Positions 42,883-51,308 of a stretch of 64,000 nt of DNA are shown piece after piece. Under the pieces are notes generated by a model that was given only the letters and a program-made list of their open reading frames with translations, ran no database searches and was not told where the DNA came from. The stretch spans positions 27,650 through 91,649 of IMG/VR virus record IMGVR_UViG_3300034069_002149, one strand, 5' to 3'. This stretch comes from a virus. A program made the position numbers and the translations under genes. How positions within the stretch are numbered: the stretch's first letter is position 1; each line of letters begins with the position of its first letter.

Positions 42883-43371
42883 ATGCAACCTACTAAAGTC
42901 GTGATAGACCCTGTTCAGCTCGGCAAGCTGGCCGAGATGTGCTGCTCCATCGAGGAGGTCGCCGCCTATTTCCGCACCACGGTCCAGACGGTGCGCGCGA
43001 GGCTCAAGAAGGACCCGCTGAAAACCGTCTGGGAAAGTGGTCTGGCGCGCGGTCGGATCAGCCTGCGCCGCGCTCAGATGCAGTCGGCGCTGGGCGGTGA
43101 CCGGACGATGCAGATCTGGCTCGGCAAGCAGTTGCTAGATCAGAAGGACAAGATCGACCAGGACGTCAAGCAGGAGCAGAAGTGGGTGGTCGAATTGCCG
43201 CCCGCCATGACCGCAGACCAGTGGCTTGCCGCCTATGGCAAGGTCGGCGGGGAGGTTGTCACCCAAGGTGGGGCCAAGCCTAATTCCAAGAGGCTCAAGC
43301 GCAAGACCGCCCGAGTCCTGAACCGAGACGAGATGGACGATCTTGAGGAAGAGGAAACCCCGGAGAAATGA
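42883..43371 (+). CDS. terS: Terminase small subunit
   Basis: HTH-like N-terminus, G...G..SLRRAQ...A..GD.TMQIWLGKQ.L.QKD motif. Lies upstream of TerL. Confidence 0.75.
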   Translation: MQPTKVVIDPVQLGKLAEMCCSIEEVAAYFRTTVQTVRARLKKDPLKTVWESGLARGRISLRRAQMQSALGGDRTMQIWLGKQLLDQKDKIDQDVKQEQKWVVELPPAMTADQWLAAYGKVGGEVVTQGGAKPNSKRLKRKTARVLNRDEMDDLEEEETPEK

Positions 43372-43727
43372 AGATCCGGGACACCTTCTCCTCGATCTCC
43401 CGCAAGGCTGCCGAGATCAGTGGCAGTTGGCAGGCATCGATCCTCGCCATCGCCTGCGTGATTGTGTGGACCATCGGAGGTTTTGTATTTGGCTTCACGG
43501 ACACGTATCAGTTGATCATCAACACCGGCACGACAATAGTTACATTTGTAATGGTCTTCTTGATTCAGAGTGCTCAAAACAGAGACACAAAGGCAATGAA
43601 CCTGAAGCTCGATGACCTTCTATCCAGTATCCGCAAGGCTGACGACAAGCTGATAAATATCGAGAACTCAACAGACGACGAGATCACGGAAGCCAAAAAC
43701 AAGATCAAGCCGGAAGGAACGTCGTGA
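43368..43727 (+). CDS. Low-affinity iron permease (Fet4-like) family small membrane protein
   Basis: GS......A...V.VW...G..FGF.DT.QLIINTGTTIVTF.MVFLIQ..QNRDT.A...KLD.L. Confidence 0.85.
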   Translation: MKIRDTFSSISRKAAEISGSWQASILAIACVIVWTIGGFVFGFTDTYQLIINTGTTIVTFVMVFLIQSAQNRDTKAMNLKLDDLLSSIRKADDKLINIENSTDDEITEAKNKIKPEGTS

Positions 43728-44176
43728 AGCAGTCCTTCCGAAATCCCAGCACCTACCGCAGGCTGTCTGAGCATTCCTTTAGGACACCGCGCTGGTCAGG
43801 CCCCGGCAAACAGCGCCCTGATACCCCGTGGGGGCGCTGCATTACCGCGTTCGATATCATCATGGATCATGCCAATGCGGAACCTGCTGCCCATATCCTG
43901 CTGGCAGCGAGTACGTCGATCAGCTTCACCAACATGCACATGGCGTGTGAATACTATCTGCCGCAGGCCGGAGCCGTGCGTAATGGCGGCATCTGGCGCT
44001 TTCCCAACGGCGCGCGGCTGCGGGTTTCCAAAGTCTCCAACGAGACAGACGCAGACAAGCTGGCTCATCTCGATTTCTCCCTGATCTCCGTCCAGGCGGA
44101 GGGTGATGTGGTCACCCTGCTCCAGCCGATGCTGACCCTCCAGGGGCGGATCATTCCCTTCCTCGGATATTACTGA
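43724..44176 (+). CDS. Degenerate paralog of the TerL ATPase core
   Basis: Collinear with TerL N-terminus (W.FPNGA.L). TGATG coupling to terL. Confidence 0.55.
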   Translation: MKQSFRNPSTYRRLSEHSFRTPRWSGPGKQRPDTPWGRCITAFDIIMDHANAEPAAHILLAASTSISFTNMHMACEYYLPQAGAVRNGGIWRFPNGARLRVSKVSNETDADKLAHLDFSLISVQAEGDVVTLLQPMLTLQGRIIPFLGYY

Positions 44177-47100
44177 TGTCACAAGCAGAGAATAAGGCCG
44201 CGTCAGATCCCGACGAGCCTGCCGATTTCGATCCGCTCAACGCCCCCTTGCCAGAACTCGACCGCAAGGAGCGACAGCGCCTGAAGCGCAAGGCTTATTT
44301 GCGGGACTACCACAGGGAATACAGCAAGAAGCGCAACACCGGCAGACCGCCAGGACGCCCGCCCAAGCCGAAGCAGACCGAACCTGCCCGCCCAAAGAAC
44401 TACGAGTCGATCTGGTCTCCCCAGTACAAGGAGGATGGCACTCCCGGCCCGCAGTTCGCTCTGCTGTCCTGTCCCTTCCCGGAGATCTTCTTTGGTGGCG
44501 CGCGTGGTGGCGGAAAAACAGACGGCGCTATCGGCAAATGGTTGCAGCACGCTCACCGCTACGGGCCGGACGCCAAGGGGGTGTTCTTTCGCCGCCGCTT
44601 CAAGCAGCTTGAAGAAGTCCAGGCTAGATGTTCCGCGCTGTTCCCCCGGATCGGAGCCACCTACCACAAGGGAGACGCGAATTGGGTATTTCCAAATGGC
44701 GCATTGCTGAAGCTAAGACATTTGTGGGATGTATCTGCGACTGAAGAATATCAGGGTCACAACTACTCATGGTTGTGTTTCGAAGAATTAACTAATTGGA
44801 GTACCCCTGACGCTATAGACAGGATGAGAGGTACACTCCGTTCCGCCAAGGGTGTGCCTGTCGAACTGATCATGACCGGCAACCCAGGTGGCTCTGGTCA
44901 CTGCGTTCCCTATGGAGAGGTTCTGACGCCGACCGGCTGGAAGGACATCTCCCACTTCCAGGTCGGTGACCCGGTGATGACCGTGACGGACAAGGGGGAG
45001 ATCGTCCAGTCGGAAGCCAGTCAGGTTCACAAGTCCCACTACACCGGGATGATGGCAGCCATCTCCGGCAGCGGCGTGACGATGGTCTGCACGCCCAACC
45101 ACAAGATCGGCGTCGTCAATTCCAGCAAATCCAAAATCACGCTCAAGCCGTTCAACCAACTCGGTTCCGGCTTCTCCATTCCGCGCGTCCTGAGCAGGCA
45201 AGGCAAGGAATCTCGGCTAGACGAGTCCGGCAGGTCAGAGCTTCACATCACGGCTGAGGCCGTGAAGATGCTCGACTTCGAGGGAGACATCTACTGCATC
45301 GGCGTTGCCAAGACCCACAGCTTCATCATCCGGCAGAACGGCTTCATCTGGGTCAGCGGCAACTCCTGGGTCAAGAACCGCTTCATCTCCCCGGCCCCGC
45401 AGGGCTGGACGCCGATCAAGGATGAGGAGACCGGTGCCTACCGCATCTACATCCCGTCCCGCCTCGAAGACAACACGGCGATGATGAAGAACGACCCGAC
45501 CTACGCCGCCCGCCTGCGCGGCACCGGATCTGCGGCGCTGGTCAATGCGTGGCTGAAGGGTGACTGGGATATCGTCGCGGGCGGCTTCTTTGACGATCTG
45601 ATCGTCCCGGATATCCACTTTCTCACCCCTTTCCACATTCCCTCGACCTGGAGTTACCGGCGTTCCTTCGACTGGGGGTCCGCATCTCCGGCCTCTCTCG
45701 GCATTTGGGCCGTGTCTGACGGCAACCCGGTTCCCGATCTGGACGGCTTCACCTTCCCTAGAGGTTCCCTGATCCGGATCAAGGAGTGGTACACCGTCGC
45801 CAAGACCAAGAACGGGGACATCGTGCCCAACGAGGGACTGCGCCTGACCAACTTGGCGCTCGGGGAAGGCATCGCGCAGCGCTCTCTGGGATACCGGTTC
45901 TCCGGCTGCGTTGCTGACCCGTCGATCTACTCCAAGCTCGGACGGGAAAGCATCTACGACGAGATGCGCAAGGGGGCGGCGGATGCCGGTCACAACCTGA
46001 TCATGTCCCCTGCCGACAACAACCGGATCGGCGGCTGGCAGAAGATGCGGGACATGCTGGAGAACGCCCGCGCAGACCGCCCGGAAAAGCCTGGACTGTG
46101 GGTGTTCGAGACCTGTCACCACTGGCTGCGCACCGTGCCTGTCATGCAGAGGTCGGACACAGATTTTGATGACGTTGATACAACCCAGGAGGACCACTGC
46201 CTGCACGGCAATACCTTGGTGGAAACCAGCAACGGCAATCTTCCTATTCGGGATCTGGTCGGGCAGACCGGGACTGTCCGGCAGGCGGATGGTTCGTGGC
46301 GGGCTTTCTATGATTGCCGCCTAACTCGGGCAGGGGCCAAAACGATTTCCATTGAGACGAGAGATGGGCGCTCTATCACCTGTACTCCGGATCATCTCAT
46401 CCTGACCACGGAAGGATGGATTGAGGCAGAAAAGACGCTTGGCAAAACCATTGTTTGTGTGCATGATGGGAACGCGCATAACGTTTCTCATCAGGAGGCA
46501 GGCAGTGAAGGTTACGGTTATCAGCGAGACCATTCAGGAGTTCATGGGAGTCCGGTACTACCTGTGCGACCAGTACTTCCAGAAGGATGGACGGAGATTG
46601 CACATCGAGGTGTGGGAGCAGAAATACGGCCCGGTGATGTCTGGCTATCACGTCCATCACAAGGACGAGGACAAGTCGAACAATCAGTTGAGCAATCTGG
46701 AAGCCTTGCCGGGAACGGAGCACAGGTCTCTCCACATGAGGCAGCCGGACAGGGTGGCTCAGTCCAGGGAGACCATCAAGGTCGCCAGATTAGCCGCATC
46801 GGAATGGCATGGCTCACAAGAAGGCCGGGACTGGCACTCCAGGCACTATCACGAAAATATCGCGCCGCTGAAGGAGGATTTGAGGGATCAGGTCTGCGAC
46901 GAGTGCGGAGCCTCCTACCAGATATCCATGATCTGGCAGAAAAATTCAAAGTTCTGCTCCAACAAATGCAGATCGGCGGCGAGACGGAAAAGCGGCGTGG
47001 ACGACGAGCAGAGGATTTGCGCGGCGTGCCAAGCGCCGTTCACGACCAACAAGTACACCAAGATCAAGACATGCAGTCACCAGTGCAGCGTCAATCTGAG

Positions 47101-47286
47101 GTGGGGTCGGACGTAGTCTCCATCCGGGACGGCGGAACGCATGACGTCTTCAATCTTGAAGTCGAAGGCACTCATGCGTTTGCCGTCAACGGCGGGCTGA
47201 TCGTCCACAACTGCGCCGATGATACACGCTATGTGTGTATGACTGGAGCAAGACAACTTAAGATCGGCGCTCTGGTTGGTCGGTAG
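44176..47286 (+). CDS. terL: Terminase large subunit precursor with two inteins
   Basis: Walker A GGARGGGKT, Walker B LCFEE, coupling motif TGNPGG. Splicing would restore the C-terminal DH-CADDTRY nuclease motif. Confidence 0.93.
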   Translation: MSQAENKAASDPDEPADFDPLNAPLPELDRKERQRLKRKAYLRDYHREYSKKRNTGRPPGRPPKPKQTEPARPKNYESIWSPQYKEDGTPGPQFALLSCPFPEIFFGGARGGGKTDGAIGKWLQHAHRYGPDAKGVFFRRRFKQLEEVQARCSALFPRIGATYHKGDANWVFPNGALLKLRHLWDVSATEEYQGHNYSWLCFEELTNWSTPDAIDRMRGTLRSAKGVPVELIMTGNPGGSGHCVPYGEVLTPTGWKDISHFQVGDPVMTVTDKGEIVQSEASQVHKSHYTGMMAAISGSGVTMVCTPNHKIGVVNSSKSKITLKPFNQLGSGFSIPRVLSRQGKESRLDESGRSELHITAEAVKMLDFEGDIYCIGVAKTHSFIIRQNGFIWVSGNSWVKNRFISPAPQGWTPIKDEETGAYRIYIPSRLEDNTAMMKNDPTYAARLRGTGSAALVNAWLKGDWDIVAGGFFDDLIVPDIHFLTPFHIPSTWSYRRSFDWGSASPASLGIWAVSDGNPVPDLDGFTFPRGSLIRIKEWYTVAKTKNGDIVPNEGLRLTNLALGEGIAQRSLGYRFSGCVADPSIYSKLGRESIYDEMRKGAADAGHNLIMSPADNNRIGGWQKMRDMLENARADRPEKPGLWVFETCHHWLRTVPVMQRSDTDFDDVDTTQEDHCLHGNTLVETSNGNLPIRDLVGQTGTVRQADGSWRAFYDCRLTRAGAKTISIETRDGRSITCTPDHLILTTEGWIEAEKTLGKTIVCVHDGNAHNVSHQEAGSEGYGYQRDHSGVHGSPVLPVRPVLPEGWTEIAHRGVGAEIRPGDVWLSRPSQGRGQVEQSVEQSGSLAGNGAQVSPHEAAGQGGSVQGDHQGRQISRIGMAWLTRRPGLALQALSRKYRAAEGGFEGSGLRRVRSLLPDIHDLAEKFKVLLQQMQIGGETEKRRGRRAEDLRGVPSAVHDQQVHQDQDMQSPVQRQSEVGSDVVSIRDGGTHDVFNLEVEGTHAFAVNGGLIVHNCADDTRYVCMTGARQLKIGALVGR
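44902..45363 (+). mobile_element. Mini-intein 1 (154 aa, no endonuclease)
   Basis: H|CVPYGEVLTPTGW, block B TPNHKI, block F/G IYCIGV..THSFII......SGN|S. Confidence 0.88.
46198..47211 (+). mobile_element. Intein 2 (338 aa) whose central region is the alternative-frame read of an HNH gene
   Basis: H|CLHGNTLVET, block B TPDHLI, block F/G DVFNLEVEGTHAFAVNGGLIVHN|C. Confidence 0.9.
46505..47116 (+). CDS. HNH endonuclease (203 aa) nested in the +1 frame inside intein 2
   Basis: AGGAGG at 46493-46498 plus GTG at 46505. H..VWE..YG.....YHVHHKDEDKSNNQLSNLEAL...EH.SLH, then three CxxC-type Zn modules. TAG at 47114-47116. Confidence 0.85.
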   Translation: MKVTVISETIQEFMGVRYYLCDQYFQKDGRRLHIEVWEQKYGPVMSGYHVHHKDEDKSNNQLSNLEALPGTEHRSLHMRQPDRVAQSRETIKVARLAASEWHGSQEGRDWHSRHYHENIAPLKEDLRDQVCDECGASYQISMIWQKNSKFCSNKCRSAARRKSGVDDEQRICAACQAPFTTNKYTKIKTCSHQCSVNLRWGRT

Positions 47287-47368
47287 GTCATCTCTTCTGG
47301 ACGGGGTTTTCTCTCGGGAGAGACAGGGGGATAGTGTCCGCCCACCTGTCCACTCAAGGAGGACCGAC

Positions 47369-47713
47369 ATGTATCACCCCATCAATGTCTCTCCCGAGAT
47401 CATTGGATACCGCGTCAATGCACAGGACGGCACCACCACCCACCTTCTGGCTCTGCCGGAAGACTTCCAGTTCGTCGGCTTCATGAAGACCAGCGAGGAC
47501 ATCCTGTCCTGCATCTACGTTCCGGCAGGACCCACCGGAAATCGGCCCATCCTCAAGGTCAAGACCCGCAAGGGGGCCAAAAGCTTTCTGATCGACTTTG
47601 CCGCCTATGGGCCTGGGGAATGCCCGCCGCCGCAGCCCGAGTCGGAGCCGCGCCCCCGGCAGATCGATTACGCCGCCATCACTCATGCCGTCAGTACCGG
47701 GAGCGCGTCATGA
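47369..47713 (+). CDS. Hypothetical protein
   Basis: AAGGAGG SD. Ends QIDYAAITHAVSTGSAS. Confidence 0.7.
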   Translation: MYHPINVSPEIIGYRVNAQDGTTTHLLALPEDFQFVGFMKTSEDILSCIYVPAGPTGNRPILKVKTRKGAKSFLIDFAAYGPGECPPPQPESEPRPRQIDYAAITHAVSTGSAS

Positions 47714-48216
47714 ACAGCACGCGCAGGCGGCTTATGGTGAAGGACCCCGCCCACGCCGTCGAGAAGTGGGTCCTTGAGGGAAATGCCTTCGGCCAGTTCG
47801 GCAACGGCGTGATCTTCTGTTCGACGGAGAAAGACGTCAATCTCTACATGCGGTTGGTGGAAAACGCCGCCGCGTTCCCGGCCTACATCAGGACCCGGAC
47901 GTTCAGCGGAGCCGTCAGCTACGCCATCGGCAGCGGCGCGAAGCTCGACATCATCCCGATCCGTGGTGTTCCTGACGCTTCCCATCTCGGCTCTGAGCGC
48001 TGGCAGTTCATGGTCTTCCATAACCCGACCCTGTGGTCAGACCGGACGCCGATCCGGCTTCTCCTGCCCCGTTTGGCTCCCGCCATCGGGGCGCGCACGA
48101 CACTTGTTTCTGTCGGGACTGAACTGGCCTCCCTCCTCGGCACGGACCCGAAGCCGGAAGAGAAGCCCAAAGAGATTGACTGGATGGCGATCACCAGAGC
48201 CATCAGCAACGGATAA
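47710..48216 (+). CDS. Second degenerate paralog of the TerL ATPase core
   Basis: AVEKW/FG..GNGVIF/GAKL/VFHNPTLWS align with TerL AIGKW/YG.DAKGVFF/GALL/CFEELTNWS. Ends EIDWMAITRAISNG. Confidence 0.55.
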   Translation: MNSTRRRLMVKDPAHAVEKWVLEGNAFGQFGNGVIFCSTEKDVNLYMRLVENAAAFPAYIRTRTFSGAVSYAIGSGAKLDIIPIRGVPDASHLGSERWQFMVFHNPTLWSDRTPIRLLLPRLAPAIGARTTLVSVGTELASLLGTDPKPEEKPKEIDWMAITRAISNG

Positions 48217-48539
48217 CCACAGGAAAGGAACACCCCATGGCCCCGGCCTTCTCTCTCAACATTCCGGCCCCGCCGTCGCGGAGACCGGACAGTGCCTGAC
48301 GCCGTGGTCGAACTGAACAGCACAGTCCGGGTTCTCGGCAAAGAGGTCCGGGTGCCGATCACCTACGCCAAGGAAGGTGTCTACTTCGTCTTCACGGCAC
48401 CGTCGTATAATCTCAAGGTCGCGCGGGGTGCCCGCACGGTCGCCTGGAAAGAGTTTTCCGAAAAGCTCAATGAGGCGGTTGAGGAAAGACTGAAAGCCCG
48501 CCTTTAACCCTCCCGGAGATTTAAACCCTCCCAACCCAA

Positions 48540-48572
48540 GGGGCCGACCGGACAACCGGCGGTCCCTTTTCT
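48540..48572 (+). terminator. Intrinsic terminator before portal
   Basis: GGGCCGACCGG-ACAA-CCGGCGGTCCC followed by TTTT. Confidence 0.65.
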
Positions 48573-48607
48573 TGCGCTGATTTGCTCGGCGCTGAACAGG
48601 ACATCTC

Positions 48608-50140
48608 ATGCCCGTCACAGATCTACATCCAGCATATGTTGAAAGAATGTTGGAGTGGCAAATGATAAATGACTGCCTCGGCGGTCGGCGCGCAATGATC
48701 AGGGCCGGTCAGACCTACGTGCCCAAGTTGACCGGACACAAGAGCGACGATGAGTACTCCGGCTACCTTAACCGGGGAAGCTGGTATGGTGCGCTTGCCA
48801 AGACGGCGGCGGCGTTCATCGGTCAGATTTATCGTCGGGAACCTATCGTTACCCTCACCAGCAGACTCGCGCCGCGTGAGAAGAACATCACCAATACCGG
48901 CGACAGCATCCACACCTTCACCAAGGGGGCCACCTTCGATGTCCTGACCAAGGGCCGCTACGGCATCCTGGTCGATGTCGAGCAGGAGGGTGATATCACC
49001 CGGACGCCGCTGCCCTTCATGGCCGGGTACAATGCCGAGTCGATCCGCAACTGGCGTCACCGCATCATCGACGGCGTGCGCACCCTCGATCAGGTCATCC
49101 TCCAGGAGTTCATGGACTTCCCGGCCCCGGATGGGTTCGGCTCCGTCTACAAGCCGCGCTTCCGGGTGCTGGAACTGGACGATGAGGGCTTCTACACGGT
49201 GCGCTTCCTCTCCCCTAACAAGGACGGCCAGTACGTCCAAATGGGAAACACGGTGCGTCCCTCGATCCGGATCGGCGGCAAGCCTATTCGCGAGATCCCC
49301 TTCTACTTCATGGGGCCGCGCAACCAGCGGGCGGAGCCGGATCAGCCGCCGATGCTGGCGATGGCTGAGGCCAACATCGACCATTGGCGCTTCAGTGTCG
49401 ATGTCAATGCGGGTCTCCACAAGACCGCCTTCCCGGTGCCGTGGATTCAGGGGGTAGATGCCGATGACCAGCACAAGTTCGTCATCTCGGAAAGCATCAT
49501 CTGGCTGCTGCCCGCAGGGGCCAGCGCCGAGTATCTGGAGTTCCACGGAGATGGTCTGGGGGCGCTGGAGCGCGCGGTGGATCGCACCGACCGCTACATG
49601 AGTAAGCTCGGTGCCCAGATGCTGGAGGACAAAAAGAAGGTGACGGAAACGGCGGAAGCGCTCAACGTGCGCTCCAGTGGGGAAACCGCCTCCCTTTCCG
49701 ACATCGCCATGTCTTGCTCAGAAGCCTTCACCCAGGCAATCCGTATGATGGCAACGCTGGTCGATGAGGACCCGATGAAGTGCCAGATCACCCTCAACAC
49801 CGACTTCGAGGCGGGTGGCATGTCGTCCCAGGACCTGCTCGGTCTGGTCACCGCCAAGCGCGAGGGCCTGATGACCCTGGAGGACTATGCCTGGAACCTG
49901 ATGCGCGGCGAGTTGGTCCGTCCGGGGCAGAGCCTGGAGGAACTGGTGGATGCTCTGGACAAGGAGAAGCCGATGCTGATAGGCATGCCCGGCACCGGCA
50001 CTGGTACCGGCTCCCCGACCCAGAGCACGGCGTCCAAGGCCCCCAGCAATCAGCCAGCCGGTTCCAGACCGATGATGCGTCAGCCGGGAGGCGTCCAGAC
50101 CACGGTCAAGGCTCCGCGCCGGGATAACCAACGAGGATAG
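48608..50140 (+). CDS. Portal protein (DUF4055-type)
   Basis: HPAY......W..I.D..GG......G..Y.P, Y..YL.R, GR.GILVD, PP.L..A..NI.H, L.....P.P.I.G. Located after TerL. Confidence 0.85.
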   Translation: MPVTDLHPAYVERMLEWQMINDCLGGRRAMIRAGQTYVPKLTGHKSDDEYSGYLNRGSWYGALAKTAAAFIGQIYRREPIVTLTSRLAPREKNITNTGDSIHTFTKGATFDVLTKGRYGILVDVEQEGDITRTPLPFMAGYNAESIRNWRHRIIDGVRTLDQVILQEFMDFPAPDGFGSVYKPRFRVLELDDEGFYTVRFLSPNKDGQYVQMGNTVRPSIRIGGKPIREIPFYFMGPRNQRAEPDQPPMLAMAEANIDHWRFSVDVNAGLHKTAFPVPWIQGVDADDQHKFVISESIIWLLPAGASAEYLEFHGDGLGALERAVDRTDRYMSKLGAQMLEDKKKVTETAEALNVRSSGETASLSDIAMSCSEAFTQAIRMMATLVDEDPMKCQITLNTDFEAGGMSSQDLLGLVTAKREGLMTLEDYAWNLMRGELVRPGQSLEELVDALDKEKPMLIGMPGTGTGTGSPTQSTASKAPSNQPAGSRPMMRQPGGVQTTVKAPRRDNQRG

Positions 50141-50141
50141 T

Positions 50142-50399
50142 GTGACTCAGACGTTCTCAGATGACGAAGTGCCGCAGCGTGGGCCGCGCAAGCGGTCCCT
50201 CAGCGTTCAGGGGAGACCAACCAGCGTCTCCCTGACGGACGAAATGTGGCAGGAATTCCGGGACTGCGCAGCCAGAGAAAAGCTCAGCGTAAATCAATTG
50301 GTCAGCCGAATAAAGTCCAGGAATCCCGGTAATCTGAATAGAGCAATCCGTTTGCACATCATCAATGAGAGGATGTCTGAAACCGGAAATAACAAATAA
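50142..50399 (+). CDS. Ribbon-helix-helix (RHH_4-type) DNA-binding protein
   Basis: KRS.SV.GR.TSVSL....W......A....LSVN.LV..I......NL..AIRL.I. Confidence 0.8.
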   Translation: MTQTFSDDEVPQRGPRKRSLSVQGRPTSVSLTDEMWQEFRDCAAREKLSVNQLVSRIKSRNPGNLNRAIRLHIINERMSETGNNK

Positions 50400-50489
50400 G
50401 GCTATAGCTATCGATCGGCATGGACGACCTAAAAGAGGTGCTGTTAGTAATGCGGTATTGAAACGTTTCCATACTCTGGAGTCTTTCCA

Positions 50490-51308
50490 ATGTCAGCCAG
50501 CGTCTCTCACCGCCAGGACCGACGTCCCCTGCCGGAACATCTCGATACCCCGCTCTACCGCACCCTGCGCGCACTCGGCCTGTTCCGCCCGCTGCGCAAG
50601 GTGTCCCGCCTGATGTACCGCCTGAAGACTCAGCGCCGCGCTCTCCGGGGACAGGGGCTGGTCCCCGAGGAGGCACTGAAGAAGACCTACACCGATGCCG
50701 TTCTGTTCCTGAGAGAGAAGAGTGCCGACACCATTGGTGATTATCTGGAGTTCGGTGTCTGCTACGGCTCCAGCATGGCGTGCATGCACGATGTCCTGAC
50801 CGCCACCGGAACCACCGGGGTTCGCAAGTTCGGCTTCGACAGCTTCCAGGGGCTGCCTCCGGAAGCGGACGAGCAGGACGGCGGGTTCTTCAGTGAGGGG
50901 CAGTTCGAAAGCTCCCTCTACTTCGCCTACAAACTCCTGACCAAGCGCGGCATCGACTGGAGAACGACCTTTCTGATCGAGGGATGGTTCAAGGATACAT
51001 GCACCCAGCAAACCATTGAGAAGCACGATATCCGCAAGGTCGGCATCGTGATGATCGACTGCGATATCTATTCCGCTTCCAAGGAGGCCCTGGATTTCGT
51101 CGGCCCGCTGCTGGCGAAGAACGCCGTCATCGTGTTCGATGACTGGAACTCCGGAAACTTAGCGGAGAAGAATATGGGGGAGAAGAAAGCCTTCGAGGAA
51201 TTCCTGAGCCAGAACCCGATGCTCCGGGTTACAAAGTTGCCATCGACCTACGGCAACTCAGCCGTCTTTCACGTGACCCGGAAGAAAGGGTTCTATGACC
51301 GCAAATGA
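50490..51308 (+). CDS. TylF/MycF-family O-methyltransferase
   Basis: GDYLEFGV..G.S, FGFDSFQGLP, LIEGWFKDT, IDCD.Y.....AL......L....VIVFDDW. Confidence 0.85.
   Translation: MSASVSHRQDRRPLPEHLDTPLYRTLRALGLFRPLRKVSRLMYRLKTQRRALRGQGLVPEEALKKTYTDAVLFLREKSADTIGDYLEFGVCYGSSMACMHDVLTATGTTGVRKFGFDSFQGLPPEADEQDGGFFSEGQFESSLYFAYKLLTKRGIDWRTTFLIEGWFKDTCTQQTIEKHDIRKVGIVMIDCDIYSASKEALDFVGPLLAKNAVIVFDDWNSGNLAEKNMGEKKAFEEFLSQNPMLRVTKLPSTYGNSAVFHVTRKKGFYDRK

Noticed and set aside
46198-47211. Reading the intein-2 interior as a genuine in-frame protein domain
   Set aside because: It has no LAGLIDADG or HNH motifs in that frame. Codon bias and nuclease motifs are in the +1 frame.
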